From an uncultured Thermococci archaeon (GTDB lineage Archaea; Methanobacteriota_B; Thermococci; Methanofastidiosales; B48-G16): DNA of 64,000 bases. Below, one piece after another: positions 54,745 to 64,000 of this stretch (within the stretch, counting starts at the first letter, position 1; every line of letters begins with the position of its first letter). The notes under the pieces were generated by a model. The model saw only the letters and a program-made list of their open reading frames with translations, ran no database searches and had not been told where the DNA came from. The stretch spans positions 96,001 to 160,000 of the forward strand of contig CAZQQT010000001.1 in the NCBI GenBank assembly GCA_964595645.1. Direction: 5' to 3'. Made by a program: the position numbers and the translations under genes.

Positions 54745-56424
54745 ATGAGACCGATGCATTATGAAGAAAAACCTGAAGGCGAAATACGGCCGTACACAGG
54801 AACGGAGTTGCACTGCAAGACATGGGATGCTGAGGCCGCCCTCCGAATGCTCATGAATAACCTTTCTCCCGACGTCGCACTGGAACCCAATGAGCTTATT
54901 GTGTATGGGGGAAGTGGACGCGCCGCTAGGAACTGGAGAGAGTACAATAGGATTGTAGACGCATTGAAAAGATTAGAGTCCAATGAAACACTCTGTGTGC
55001 AGTCAGGAAAACCGGTATATATCGCGAAAACCTACGAAAGGGCCCCCAGAGTGATCATTGCAAACTCCAATATCGTCCCCAAATGGTCAACGCAGGAAAA
55101 TTTCAACAAGTACGATGAAATGGGGCTCATGATGTACGGGCAGATGACTGCAGGGAGCTGGATCTACATCGGTACCCAAGGGATTCAACAGGGCACCTAC
55201 GAGACCTATGCTGCCGCTGCACGACAGGAGTCTGGTTCCTCGATGAAGGGAAAACTCGTACTGACTGCGGGCATGGGCAACATGAGTGGTGCACAGCCGC
55301 TTGCTGCTACCATGAATAAGGGTGTGATCATCGATGTTGAAGTAAGGGAGAAACGAATCAAAAAGCGCGTGGATCAGGGGTCCTGCGATAGAATGACCCA
55401 TAGCATCGATGAAGCGATAGAGTGGGCATTGGACGCGAAAGAAAAGGGCGAGCCACTCTCCATCGGCCTTGTGGGGAATGCCGCAGAGGTCCACCCCGAG
55501 CTCGTAAAACGTGACATTATCCCCGATTTTGTCACGGATCAGACACCGGCCCACGATATCTACGAGTATATTCCTGTTGGCGATCTTGACGAGCTCGTGG
55601 AACTCCGAGAAGAAAATCCCGAGGAGTACAAGAAACGAGCACTAGCAGCTGTAAAGAAACACGTGAATGCGATTCTTGAAATGCAGAAACGAGGAGCTGT
55701 TGTATTTGATTATGGAAACAACCTGCGCGAACGGGCCGAAGAGGCAGGTGTTGAGATCGTGGATGGCGATGGAAAGTTGAAGTATCCTGGATTCGTGCCC
55801 GCCTACATCCGTCCGCTCTTTTGTGAGGGGAGAGGACCATTCAGATGGGCAGCGCTCTCCGGTGATCCTGAGGATATCTACAAAATTGATGATGCACTGC
55901 TAGAGCTCTTCCCAGGAGATGAAGTTCTCGCCCGATGGCTCAATTTAGCGAAAAAGAAGGTCCCCTTCGAAGGACTTCCGGCACGTGTCTGCTGGCTTGG
56001 ATATGGTGATAGAGCGAAGGCAGGAAAGATGATCAATGATATGGTATCAGACGGTACATTGAAGGCACCGGTAGTGATAGGGAGAGATCATCTGGATTGT
56101 GGAAGCGTCGCATCACCGTACAGAGAGACGGAGGAGATGAAGGATGGGAGCGATGCGATTGCAGACTGGCCACTGTTGAATTTTGCATTGAATACAGCCT
56201 GCGGCGCCTCATGGGTTTCCTTCCACAACGGAGGAGGTGTTGGAATAGGCCGAGCTCTCCACGCTGGATTTGTTATTGTAGCAGATGGTACAAAAGAGAG
56301 AGAAGAACGATTAAAACGTGTTTTAACAGCTGATCCTGGAATAGGAGTTGCACGGCATGTGGATGCAGGATATGACAAGGCGTTAAGAACTGCAGAAGAG
56401 AAAGGAGTGCATATACCTGATTGA
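54745..56424 (+). CDS. hutU: Urocanate hydratase
   Basis: [48 protein letters not shown]. Confidence 0.97.
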   Translation: MRPMHYEEKPEGEIRPYTGTELHCKTWDAEAALRMLMNNLSPDVALEPNELIVYGGSGRAARNWREYNRIVDALKRLESNETLCVQSGKPVYIAKTYERAPRVIIANSNIVPKWSTQENFNKYDEMGLMMYGQMTAGSWIYIGTQGIQQGTYETYAAAARQESGSSMKGKLVLTAGMGNMSGAQPLAATMNKGVIIDVEVREKRIKKRVDQGSCDRMTHSIDEAIEWALDAKEKGEPLSIGLVGNAAEVHPELVKRDIIPDFVTDQTPAHDIYEYIPVGDLDELVELREENPEEYKKRALAAVKKHVNAILEMQKRGAVVFDYGNNLRERAEEAGVEIVDGDGKLKYPGFVPAYIRPLFCEGRGPFRWAALSGDPEDIYKIDDALLELFPGDEVLARWLNLAKKKVPFEGLPARVCWLGYGDRAKAGKMINDMVSDGTLKAPVVIGRDHLDCGSVASPYRETEEMKDGSDAIADWPLLNFALNTACGASWVSFHNGGGVGIGRALHAGFVIVADGTKEREERLKRVLTADPGIGVARHVDAGYDKALRTAEEKGVHIPD

Positions 56425-56425
56425 A

Positions 56426-57895
56426 ATGTTGATCGATGGAGAGTCTCTGACAATCGAGGATGTTTATCGTGTGGCATGTGCAGAAGAAAAAGTCGAGCTT
56501 GCCGACATTGTACGAGACAAAGTAGAGAGGAGCAGAAAGATCGTAAAGGAGTATAGGGAAAAGGAAGAGGTAGCCTACGGTGTGACCACAGGATTCGGTG
56601 AGCTCTGCAACGTGTTCATTGACAAGGATCATGTAGATCAGCTCCAGAAAAATCTTGTACGAAGTCATTCTGCCGGTGTTGGCGATTATCTCGACGAGAA
56701 GTTTGTGAGGGCAGCAATGCTGTTACGTGCGAACTCCTTGGCCAAGGGCTACTCTGGTGTTCGTTATGAACTCATCGAGCGATTGCTCTCCCTTCTCAAC
56801 AACAATGTCATCCCATACGTTCCTGAGAAGGGTTCCCTTGGCGCATCCGGCGATCTCGCTCCCCTGGCACATATTGCACTTGTACTGATAGGTGAAGGTG
56901 AGGCTTTTCATCGCGGTGAACTCCTCAAGGCAGAAGATGCCTTGAAAAGGGCAGGAATTCAGGCGATCGATCTGAAGGCAAAGGAAGGATTGGCACTAAT
57001 AAACGGCACGCCGATCATGACTGCAATTGCCGCATTGTGTATCTATGAGGCGAAAATACTGTTCGATAATGCATTGAAGGCCGCAGCAATGAGTTTGGAA
57101 GCATTACGTGGCACTGCTCAAGCTCTTTTAGAGGAAATACAGCAAGTACGCCCCCAGAAGGGACAAATAATGGTGGCACAAACGATGATGGATCTTCTGG
57201 AGGGCAGTGAGAATATCCTAAGCCATCGGCACTGTGAGAAGGTACAAGATGCGTATACGCTCCGATGTATCCCACAAGTACTCGGTCCATCGCTGGAGAC
57301 CGTCGAGTACGCCAAGAACATTGTGACCATCGAGCTGAACTCCGCTACTGATAACCCACTCATTTTTGATGTTCCCCGTTCAGGCGGGAATTTTCATGGA
57401 CAGCCTATTGCACTCGCAATGGATTTTCTCAGTATTGCGCTTGCAGAGATAGGAAACTTCTCGGAGAGGAGAATTAATCGACTTATGAACTCGCATCTCT
57501 CGAATCTCCCCCCGTTTTTAGCGAAGAATTCAGGACTGAACAGCGGGTTTATGATAGCACAGTACACGGCTGCCTCTCTCGTTTCCGAAAATAAAGGACT
57601 AGCACATCCCGCCTCTGTTGACTCGATTCCTGTTTCTGCCGATCAGGAGGATCATGTCTCTATGGGAACAATTGCGGCCAGACAGTGCTATACAATCCTG
57701 CAGAATGTAAAAAATATTGTAGCAATCGAACTTTTGGCAGCGGCTCAGGGTATCGATTTCTTAGAGCATCCTTCAAGCCCCACAGTACAAAAAATCCATA
57801 AAAAAATACGAAAGAAAGTCTCATTTATGGAACAAGACCGTCCACCCTACAAAGATATAGAGAAAATACGATCGTTGATGGAAAAAAGCCTTTAA
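56426..57895 (+). CDS. hutH: Histidine ammonia-lyase
   Basis: YGVTTGFG, GASGDLAPL (MIO-forming ASG), QDAYTLRC, GGNFHG, QEDHVSMG. Confidence 0.96.
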   Translation: MLIDGESLTIEDVYRVACAEEKVELADIVRDKVERSRKIVKEYREKEEVAYGVTTGFGELCNVFIDKDHVDQLQKNLVRSHSAGVGDYLDEKFVRAAMLLRANSLAKGYSGVRYELIERLLSLLNNNVIPYVPEKGSLGASGDLAPLAHIALVLIGEGEAFHRGELLKAEDALKRAGIQAIDLKAKEGLALINGTPIMTAIAALCIYEAKILFDNALKAAAMSLEALRGTAQALLEEIQQVRPQKGQIMVAQTMMDLLEGSENILSHRHCEKVQDAYTLRCIPQVLGPSLETVEYAKNIVTIELNSATDNPLIFDVPRSGGNFHGQPIALAMDFLSIALAEIGNFSERRINRLMNSHLSNLPPFLAKNSGLNSGFMIAQYTAASLVSENKGLAHPASVDSIPVSADQEDHVSMGTIAARQCYTILQNVKNIVAIELLAAAQGIDFLEHPSSPTVQKIHKKIRKKVSFMEQDRPPYKDIEKIRSLMEKSL

Positions 57896-58110
57896 ACAGC
57901 TTTTACCTCTTTTATTTCAGGTATTTTTTCTTTCAGGAGTTTTTCCACGTAGTTTTTAATCGTCAGTTGTGAGAGTGGGCATCCTGCACAGGCACCCTTA
58001 AGTTTTACCTCGACGATGCCATCGGTGTAATCGACGAACTCGACATCTCCTCCATCCCGTTGCAGTGATGGTCTCACTTCCTCCAGTACGTCCTTTATTT
58101 TTTCTTCCAT
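57892..58110 (-). CDS. NifU/Nfu family Fe-S carrier
   Basis: VRPSLQRDGGDVE...GACAGCP. Confidence 0.92.
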   Translation of the reverse strand: MEEKIKDVLEEVRPSLQRDGGDVEFVDYTDGIVEVKLKGACAGCPLSQLTIKNYVEKLLKEKIPEIKEVKAV

Positions 58111-58197
58111 ACTACCATTACCAGCTTCTTCTTTATAAAGGCTACATACCCTATTTCTTTCTCATATCATCACGTGAAGCTCATCTTTTTTGAGATT

Positions 58198-58995
58198 TCA
58201 TCCAAAATGTATATCAAACTCTATATTTTTTTCCACCTTATATTCTTCGAGCCTCTTTCTTAGATTTTTCCAATAAGTGTGTTCTTGAGAAAAGGTTATT
58301 TCTCTGTATTTTTCAGTATACTCTGGAAAAAACTCATTGAGGATTCCTTTAATATTTTTCCAGTTTGGATCAGCCTCGTTATCCATACTCAACCCATATA
58401 TTCCAATTGTATCAGCATACTCCCAAACTGTATTAATTATCTCTTCTACATTAGTAATAAAAGGCATTACTGGACAAAGAACAACGTCTGTTCTGATTCC
58501 TCCCTTTTTTACTCTTTTTAGGACCTTAATTCTCCCTTTGTTCGAAGGAGCGTTGTATTCAAAAATTCTCCTTGTTGATTCGTCTTGAAATGCTAGAGAG
58601 AAACCAATGGAAGGATTTACCATTTTTGTATATAGATCTATGTCTCGTATCACTATGTCCGATTTTGTTAACATACCCGCTGAGAATCCGTTTTCTAGTA
58701 GTATCTCTAATGTTTCTCTTGTTTGTCCATATTCTTTTTCTATCGGCTGATAGGGATCTGAATTCCATCCCATATAGATTTTTTGGGGAGGAAGGCCTGA
58801 TAGTTCCGTACTCAGCTGCTTTTTATAGTCTTCATAGATTCTTATTTCATTCTTCCAATCTGTTTCAGCCTCGTTTAACGCATAACAGTAGTAACAATGA
58901 TGTTCACATCCTATGTAGGGATCTATCTGATAATTTAACCCTTCCAGGGGACACGAATCCAAGATTTTATCTTTTTTACAGGTGTTGACCTTCAT
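58198..58995 (-). CDS. Radical SAM protein (SplB-like family)
   Basis: DPYIGCEHHCYYCYA, SDPYQPIE, LTKS..V.RDID; likely start MKVNT at 58995. Confidence 0.88.
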   Translation of the reverse strand: MKVNTCKKDKILDSCPLEGLNYQIDPYIGCEHHCYYCYALNEAETDWKNEIRIYEDYKKQLSTELSGLPPQKIYMGWNSDPYQPIEKEYGQTRETLEILLENGFSAGMLTKSDIVIRDIDLYTKMVNPSIGFSLAFQDESTRRIFEYNAPSNKGRIKVLKRVKKGGIRTDVVLCPVMPFITNVEEIINTVWEYADTIGIYGLSMDNEADPNWKNIKGILNEFFPEYTEKYREITFSQEHTYWKNLRKRLEEYKVEKNIEFDIHFG

Positions 58996-59021
58996 ATCAA
59001 TTAATCCTAGTATATATTGAA

Positions 59022-59741
59022 TTACTTTTCCATCGCCATCCACGATCTCCACACCTCCGGCATCTTCTCGATGGCATATCGGAGTGATGTTCACGGCATA
59101 GTCTCTCTGCGATCCGTTACAAATCGGAACACTTCTTCGGGATAATGGTTGGCTGCTTCCTTCAGCATCCATCCGTATCCCTTCTGTACGAGATCCTCTT
59201 TGTCGTGTAAAAGGATATCCGCGATTTCAAAGGCACTGTCAAGTAACTGCTTTCTTCTGAGGGAGTAGATGAGTGAGACGGCGGATGCGCGTCTCATCCA
59301 TCTATTTTCTGATCTCGTCCATTTTTTAATCTTCGGAACGAGCTCGGGAAACCGGTAGATGAGGCACCCAAGAGCATGGGTACAGAGATCATCACACGAT
59401 CCCCATCCAGTAACATACTTTTTCAGCCACGATTCGAAGATATTGAAATCGGCCGGTTCATACTGTTTTTTCAACTGAAATGCCCATTGAAATGCAATTG
59501 TTCGTTCTTCACTGTTTCGGAGCTCCAGGAGATCTTCGCACAATGAAAATATTTCCTTTTTCGATCCCGAATCAATCTTTTTGTAGTATTTCGTGGCAAT
59601 TTTTCGTACTCTTTCCGTTTTTACACCGTAGCATGTTATTTTATCTGTTCTATCCTCCTTTTTCATAAACTGCTGTATACCTTTACGGTATTTTGGATCA
59701 ACGTACTGTTTCAGTTCTTGCATGATTTCTTCAATGATCAT
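59022..59741 (-). pseudogene. DNA alkylation repair (AlkD-like) protein with a premature TGA at 59091-59093
   Basis: W..CD, W.RR, DLVQKGYGWMLKE; the frame continues MP*TSLRYAIEKMPE... to TAA at 59022. Confidence 0.75.
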
Positions 59742-60293
59742 TTCTTTCACCTGTAAGTTTTACGTGATGGAGACGTGTCAACGGAGGGGTATCGTGGAGG
59801 TACACGGAGAGCGTGTCAAGCACGAAGGTTCCCTCTACTCGCAAGGAGAGAATTTCGTTGACTGTTTTCTCCGAGGCCGATGAAAGCTGAAAAAGCGTGC
59901 AGTGCGGTTTGTACGGATAGGGATTCTCTGTAAGACGAATGTCAGAATTCACAATGCGTTTGTGGAGTGCGTGAAACTGTTCATCGTTTTTCAGTGCAAG
60001 AAAGAAGACATCGGTATCTGGGAATCGCGATACTTTCCCAAAAGATGTCTTTATTGGCGCAGTTTCAGCGGCAATCTCATCGAGCAGTGTAAAGGCTTCT
60101 TTCTTGTCTTGCGATGGATCGAACCCTCCCATCCCACTCGAACCCACTATTCCTATCTCTACCACCGTGGAGTTCACGAACCAACACACTCCTCACATAA
60201 ATCACTGTACCGTTCTCGAATAGCGGTGATTTTCTTCGCCATCTTCTTGGGGAGGTCCAACACCACATATGTATCGTGATCAAATGTCGTCAT
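59731..60293 (-). pseudogene. 2H phosphoesterase / 2'-5' RNA ligase family gene with a frameshift near 60180-60200
   Basis: ATG 60293 gives MTTFDHDTYVVLDLPKKMAKKITAIRERYSD..., which stops at about 60174; another frame carries VEIGIVGSSG...RFPDTDVFFL...YKPHCTL. Confidence 0.65.
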
Positions 60294-61416
60294 CTTTAAA
60301 CTCTCGCATATCCGCGTATTCAACTGCCTTTTGTAGTAACTCAGTATTTATTCTAGATTCTAGTTCTACTATCTCCTGCAAATCTGCACGTAATTCTGGG
60401 TGATCGGCGATCATGAAAGAACAGCAGTCTTGGTGGGGGAGAATGGAAATTTTGTATGTTCCTATATCTCTTGCTGTGGAGATTATCTCGTTCTTGTTCA
60501 TGCCCATTAGTGGCGTGAGTATGGGAAGTGTTGATGCGTGATAAATCACATTGAGGTTTTCTATCGTCTGGGATGCAACCTGAGAGAGACTATCACCGGT
60601 GACAATCCCCTGTGCTCCTTCTTTTTCTGCAATCATATTCGCAATTTTTATCATGGTTCGCCTATACACGATCATTCTGTACTTTGAAGGAACGTACTGA
60701 ACAATTTCCCGCTGTAGTTCTCCGAAGGGGATAAGATAGAGTTTCGAGTGCAGTTGTACCGTGGTGAGTTGTTCTATGAGCTGTTCTACCTTTTCTTCAA
60801 CCCCGTGTGTTGCAATACTCTCATTGAGAAAATGGATGGATATCACAGATGCACCCCGTTTCATGAGGAGGTAGGATGCTACAGGGCTGTCGATTCCACC
60901 AGAGAGTAAGGATACTACTGTTCCACCTGTTCCAACTGGCAGTCCGCCGACTCCACGGATTTTTTCATTGTAGATATACGCTCTTCCACGGCATATCTCT
61001 ATATATACTGTTAGATCAGGGTCGTCGAGATCCACGTTTATATCTTTCTTTTTCACAATGTATTCTCCCACGACTTCGTTTACTTCCATTGAAGTTAGTT
61101 CGTACTGTTTGTTCGATCGTTTCGTCTCTATTTTAAATGTTTCCTCATGTTTAACGAGAGTCAGAGACGTGTTTTTTATTGTTTCTATATCGAGATTGCA
61201 TTCAATACAAGGAGCAAAATACGCTATCCCAGGAAACAATCTCAGTCGTTTCTTTATTTTTTTATTGAAAGAGGATAAAATTAGTCTGTTTTCTCGTTTT
61301 TCTATGCTGAAATTCGGAAAAATTTTTTTAAGGTTAGAGATAAGTTTGTTTTCAAAATACACTTTATTTTTACCTTTTAAAAATATCTCATTGTAGTGGA
61401 TTACCGTACAGTTCAT
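60280..61416 (-). CDS. thiI: tRNA 4-thiouridine synthase (THUMP plus PP-loop, no rhodanese domain)
   Basis: HYNEIFLKGKN, GGLPVG, SGGIDSPVA, GDSLSQVASQT, QDCC. Confidence 0.93.
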   Translation of the reverse strand: MNCTVIHYNEIFLKGKNKVYFENKLISNLKKIFPNFSIEKRENRLILSSFNKKIKKRLRLFPGIAYFAPCIECNLDIETIKNTSLTLVKHEETFKIETKRSNKQYELTSMEVNEVVGEYIVKKKDINVDLDDPDLTVYIEICRGRAYIYNEKIRGVGGLPVGTGGTVVSLLSGGIDSPVASYLLMKRGASVISIHFLNESIATHGVEEKVEQLIEQLTTVQLHSKLYLIPFGELQREIVQYVPSKYRMIVYRRTMIKIANMIAEKEGAQGIVTGDSLSQVASQTIENLNVIYHASTLPILTPLMGMNKNEIISTARDIGTYKISILPHQDCCSFMIADHPELRADLQEIVELESRINTELLQKAVEYADMREFKDDDI

Positions 61417-61418
61417 GG

Positions 61419-62447
61419 TTACTCCAACCCTTTGAAGAATGCGGGCCAAAAGGGGTCTTGTTCTGGAATTCTCAATGTCTCTTCTTTCCCATTGTGTCTC
61501 ATGATTGTTCTCCCTTCTTCCTTTGGCACAACATCTCCAATAATAGAGGAGGAGATGTTCTCTCTTTTAAGTTTTGTTACGATGTTGTTTGCATGTTCTT
61601 CCGGAGCTGTAATGAGAAGTGTCCCTTCTGAGATGGCTTCCAGTGGATCGATGTTGAGGAATTCCATCACACGTTTTACCTCGTCCGGACAGACGATTTT
61701 CTCTTCCTCCACGCGCATCCCCCTATTAGACGCATGGGCAATCTCAAAAAGTCCACCGATCACCCCTCCTTCAGTAGCGTCGTGCATGGCAGTGACCCCG
61801 CACGCCATTGCGGTGAGTGCATCCTTCACCACAGTCATATTGTGAAGATGATCCTTTGCCTTTTCTACTATTGTGTCGGGGAGTTCACGACGCAGTTCCT
61901 CCTCGTAAATGATCGCGAGGAGTCCGGTTGCTTCGATGGCTGGTCCCTTGGTGAGAATGATTTTGTCTCCGATTTCTGCACCCTTCGGTGTGACGTAACT
62001 ATTTTTCCCTGTGATTCCCCATACTGTAACCCCACCGATAATGGGTGTATTCACGGTAGGATAGTATCCAGTATGGCCTCCGCAGATGCAGATGTTCAGA
62101 TCCTTCGCTGTTTCGTGGATAGAGTCTACGATATTTGTGAGATCGTTCTCCGTTGTTTCTGGCGGCATGAGGAGGGAGTAGGTCATGTATTCAGGGTCCA
62201 CTCCCATAACTGCGATATCCGAGGCACCAATATGGACGATATACCATCCAAAGGTATCCAATGGCTGTTGCGGCACGGGAAATATTGGATCTTCGGCAAT
62301 CACAAGCACGTTATCATCTCCGATATCAATGACAGCGGCGTCTACCCCAGTTTGCGGCGGTACAAGGATATTTTTGTTTGTTGCACCAAGTCGCCTCGTC
62401 ACAATCTTCTCAAAGGCATCGAGGCTAATCTTTCCTATTTTTGGCAT
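61419..62447 (-). CDS. AIR synthase-related (PurM/ThiL/HypE-like) protein
   Basis: GVDAA, EDPI, SDIAVMG, GGHTG, MHDATEGG, ISEGTLL. Confidence 0.85.
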   Translation of the reverse strand: MPKIGKISLDAFEKIVTRRLGATNKNILVPPQTGVDAAVIDIGDDNVLVIAEDPIFPVPQQPLDTFGWYIVHIGASDIAVMGVDPEYMTYSLLMPPETTENDLTNIVDSIHETAKDLNICICGGHTGYYPTVNTPIIGGVTVWGITGKNSYVTPKGAEIGDKIILTKGPAIEATGLLAIIYEEELRRELPDTIVEKAKDHLHNMTVVKDALTAMACGVTAMHDATEGGVIGGLFEIAHASNRGMRVEEEKIVCPDEVKRVMEFLNIDPLEAISEGTLLITAPEEHANNIVTKLKRENISSSIIGDVVPKEEGRTIMRHNGKEETLRIPEQDPFWPAFFKGLE

Positions 62448-63018
62448 ATGTCTCACTCAGTCTTATCGCTCCTTTCACCACATCCACTGCAGATCTTCCC
62501 AGCAGTACGGAGACCGGTTCTTTCCCGACGGCACCTGTTTCATAGGCAATGTCGGGGACCTGTCCGTCCACAGAACGTATTGCCTCTGCAACTTTCCACA
62601 CCATGGAACCGCCTTCTTCTTCTTTTCGTGCTTCTGGCTCCTTTGATCTATCTATCCACCCCAGTAAGAGGCCATTTTTCTTACAATACTCCTCAAGCCA
62701 TTGACCGAAGGTATCGTTGTGCATAAAATTGATTCCTGCTCGTATTTCTCCATCACGTTTTATTACCTCAATAATAAACCGGGCCATGTGTGATGATGCA
62801 CCTAATGTTGGATATCCCGCAGCTTTAGGATATCCCTTCACCGAGGTGATCCTACCGTCTACTCCCGCCACAGCGTCTTGTGTGCAGGCGTTGGGAAGAG
62901 CGTACACTAAATTCGTTCGTACCTCTGGAATGAGAGGGGCAAAAAAACGACATTCTTCAAGTATATGTATCGCTCTTACCATATTGCCAAGAACAGCGTC
63001 TCTTCGATTTTCTTCCAT
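62425..63018 (-). CDS. thiN: Thiamine-phosphate synthase ThiN-family protein
   Basis: LIPEVRTNLVYA, VAGVDGRI, GASSHMAR, DRSKEP, GKEP. Confidence 0.88.
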   Translation of the reverse strand: MEENRRDAVLGNMVRAIHILEECRFFAPLIPEVRTNLVYALPNACTQDAVAGVDGRITSVKGYPKAAGYPTLGASSHMARFIIEVIKRDGEIRAGINFMHNDTFGQWLEEYCKKNGLLLGWIDRSKEPEARKEEEGGSMVWKVAEAIRSVDGQVPDIAYETGAVGKEPVSVLLGRSAVDVVKGAIRLSETYAKNRKD

Positions 63019-63156
63019 TGTTATCCCTCATTTTAAACTGTGTAGGAACGAATATAAAAATTTTCGTGTATGTGCTCTCTATATTTTCATTTTTTCTATA
63101 CGTTTCCAATCAAATGACCAAAACCTTTATAAAGATAAACGTGAAATATAATTCAC

Positions 63157-63477
63157 ATGAAAAATAAATACCACCTATTTTTTGAGACACTGGGCACCAA
63201 GCTGAAAATAAACATAATCGGCAGTCTCCGCAAGAAATCATTCAGTGTCACAGAACTGGCACAGGAACTCGGAGAGGAACGAAGTAAGGTTTCCCATGCT
63301 CTGCTCTCACTTTTAGACTGTAATTTTGTCCAAGTGAAGAGAAAAGGAAAAAAAAGAATTTATTCCTTGAATAAGGATACGATTAATCCGTTATTAGATT
63401 TAGTTGAGGAACATGTCAACAAATACTGTAAAAAATGTAAAAAATTAGAGGTGAAAAAAAATGGAAGGAAAGGATAA
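63157..63477 (+). CDS. ArsR family transcriptional regulator
   Basis: FFETLG...SVTELAQELGEERSKVSHAL...GKKRIYSLN; C-terminal H..KYCKKC. Confidence 0.9.
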   Translation: MKNKYHLFFETLGTKLKINIIGSLRKKSFSVTELAQELGEERSKVSHALLSLLDCNFVQVKRKGKKRIYSLNKDTINPLLDLVEEHVNKYCKKCKKLEVKKNGRKG

Positions 63478-64000
63478 AACGTATAATGTACCAGAAATAG
63501 CCGATGGTGTCTACTGGGTCGGTGTGAAGGACTGGGATCGACGGATCTTCGATGCACTTATCCCTCTTCCCCAGGGGACGACCTACAACTCATACCTTGT
63601 AAAGGGAGAGGAAAACACTGCGCTTATAGACACGGTAAATCCAGGGTTTGAGACGGTACTGGCTGAGAAAATCGGTCAGATAGTGGATGTGCACACTCTT
63701 GATTATCTTATAATGAATCATGCTGAGCCTGATCATGCCGGTGCAGTTCCGCATATTATGGGGTCAAACGAGGATATTGTGCTTGTAACGACGGAAAAAG
63801 GCGCAGAAATGGCACAAAATTATTACAAAATACCAAAAAAAAGAATAAAAACTGTAAAAGATGGGGACACGATGGAAATGGGCGGTAAAACACTGCAGTT
63901 TATTGAAGCGCCATGGCTCCACTGGCCAGAAACGATGTTCACCTACCTCCAGGAGGAAAAAATACTCTTTCCCTGCGATTTTCTTGGATCCCATACTGCC
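63461..64000 (+). CDS. fprA: Flavodiiron protein (FprA/A-type flavoprotein), 3'-partial
   Basis: Translated by hand: GVYWVGVKDW...GTTYNSYL...NHAEPDHAG...PWLHWPETM...CDFLGSH. Confidence 0.93.
   Translation, partial: MEGKDKTYNVPEIADGVYWVGVKDWDRRIFDALIPLPQGTTYNSYLVKGEENTALIDTVNPGFETVLAEKIGQIVDVHTLDYLIMNHAEPDHAGAVPHIMGSNEDIVLVTTEKGAEMAQNYYKIPKKRIKTVKDGDTMEMGGKTLQFIEAPWLHWPETMFTYLQEEKILFPCDFLGSHTA

Noticed and set aside
36839-59093. Stop-codon recoding (Sec, Pyl or alternative code) to explain the in-frame stops
   Set aside because: The two cases use different stops (TAA and TGA), the TGA replaces an expected Arg, and all three stops end normal genes throughout the window. Point mutation or sequencing error is simpler.
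58996-59172. N-terminal extension of the radical SAM ORF (324 aa)
   Set aside because: It overlaps the AlkD-like coding region in another frame; the likely start is ATG 58995.
61734-62726. 330-aa plus-strand ORF
   Set aside because: It is antisense to the AIR-synthase-like and thiN genes and has no recognisable motifs.

Overview
This 64-kb window is archaeal. The evidence is a histone, PAN, MBF1, aGTPBP, an A1AO ATP synthase, TruD, TATA boxes and GGTGA Shine-Dalgarno sites. A SerK-like gene and the secF-secD-trkA-atpH/I/K/E/C/F/A gene order suggest a relative of the Thermococci, such as Theionarchaea or Methanofastidiosa (inference). Most of the window is housekeeping and metabolic genes. 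Two features stand out. (1) The ATP synthase rotor subunit c/K is a single 966-aa polypeptide of 12 tandem hairpins (243-bp units). Eleven hairpins carry the catalytic Glu, and the first and last hairpins are degenerate in complementary ways, which fits a one-chain Na+ rotor ring. The operon ends after atpA, with no atpB or atpD. (2) A ~16.5-kb type IV pilus/secretion locus has an ATPase, two TadC-like platform proteins and five class III signal proteins of 293-1363 aa, four of them carrying Ig-like and/or Ca-binding acidic repeats. Also present: bacterial-type MetK next to a RecU-like resolvase behind pan, tRNA-Glu(CTC), a HEPN-MNT pair, a decayed VapBC relic, four disrupted genes, short ORFs with SD sites next to a palindromic operator, and two structured intergenic regions. 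No CRISPR array, rRNA, integrase or transposase was seen. All family calls come from motif recognition by eye; no database searches were run.
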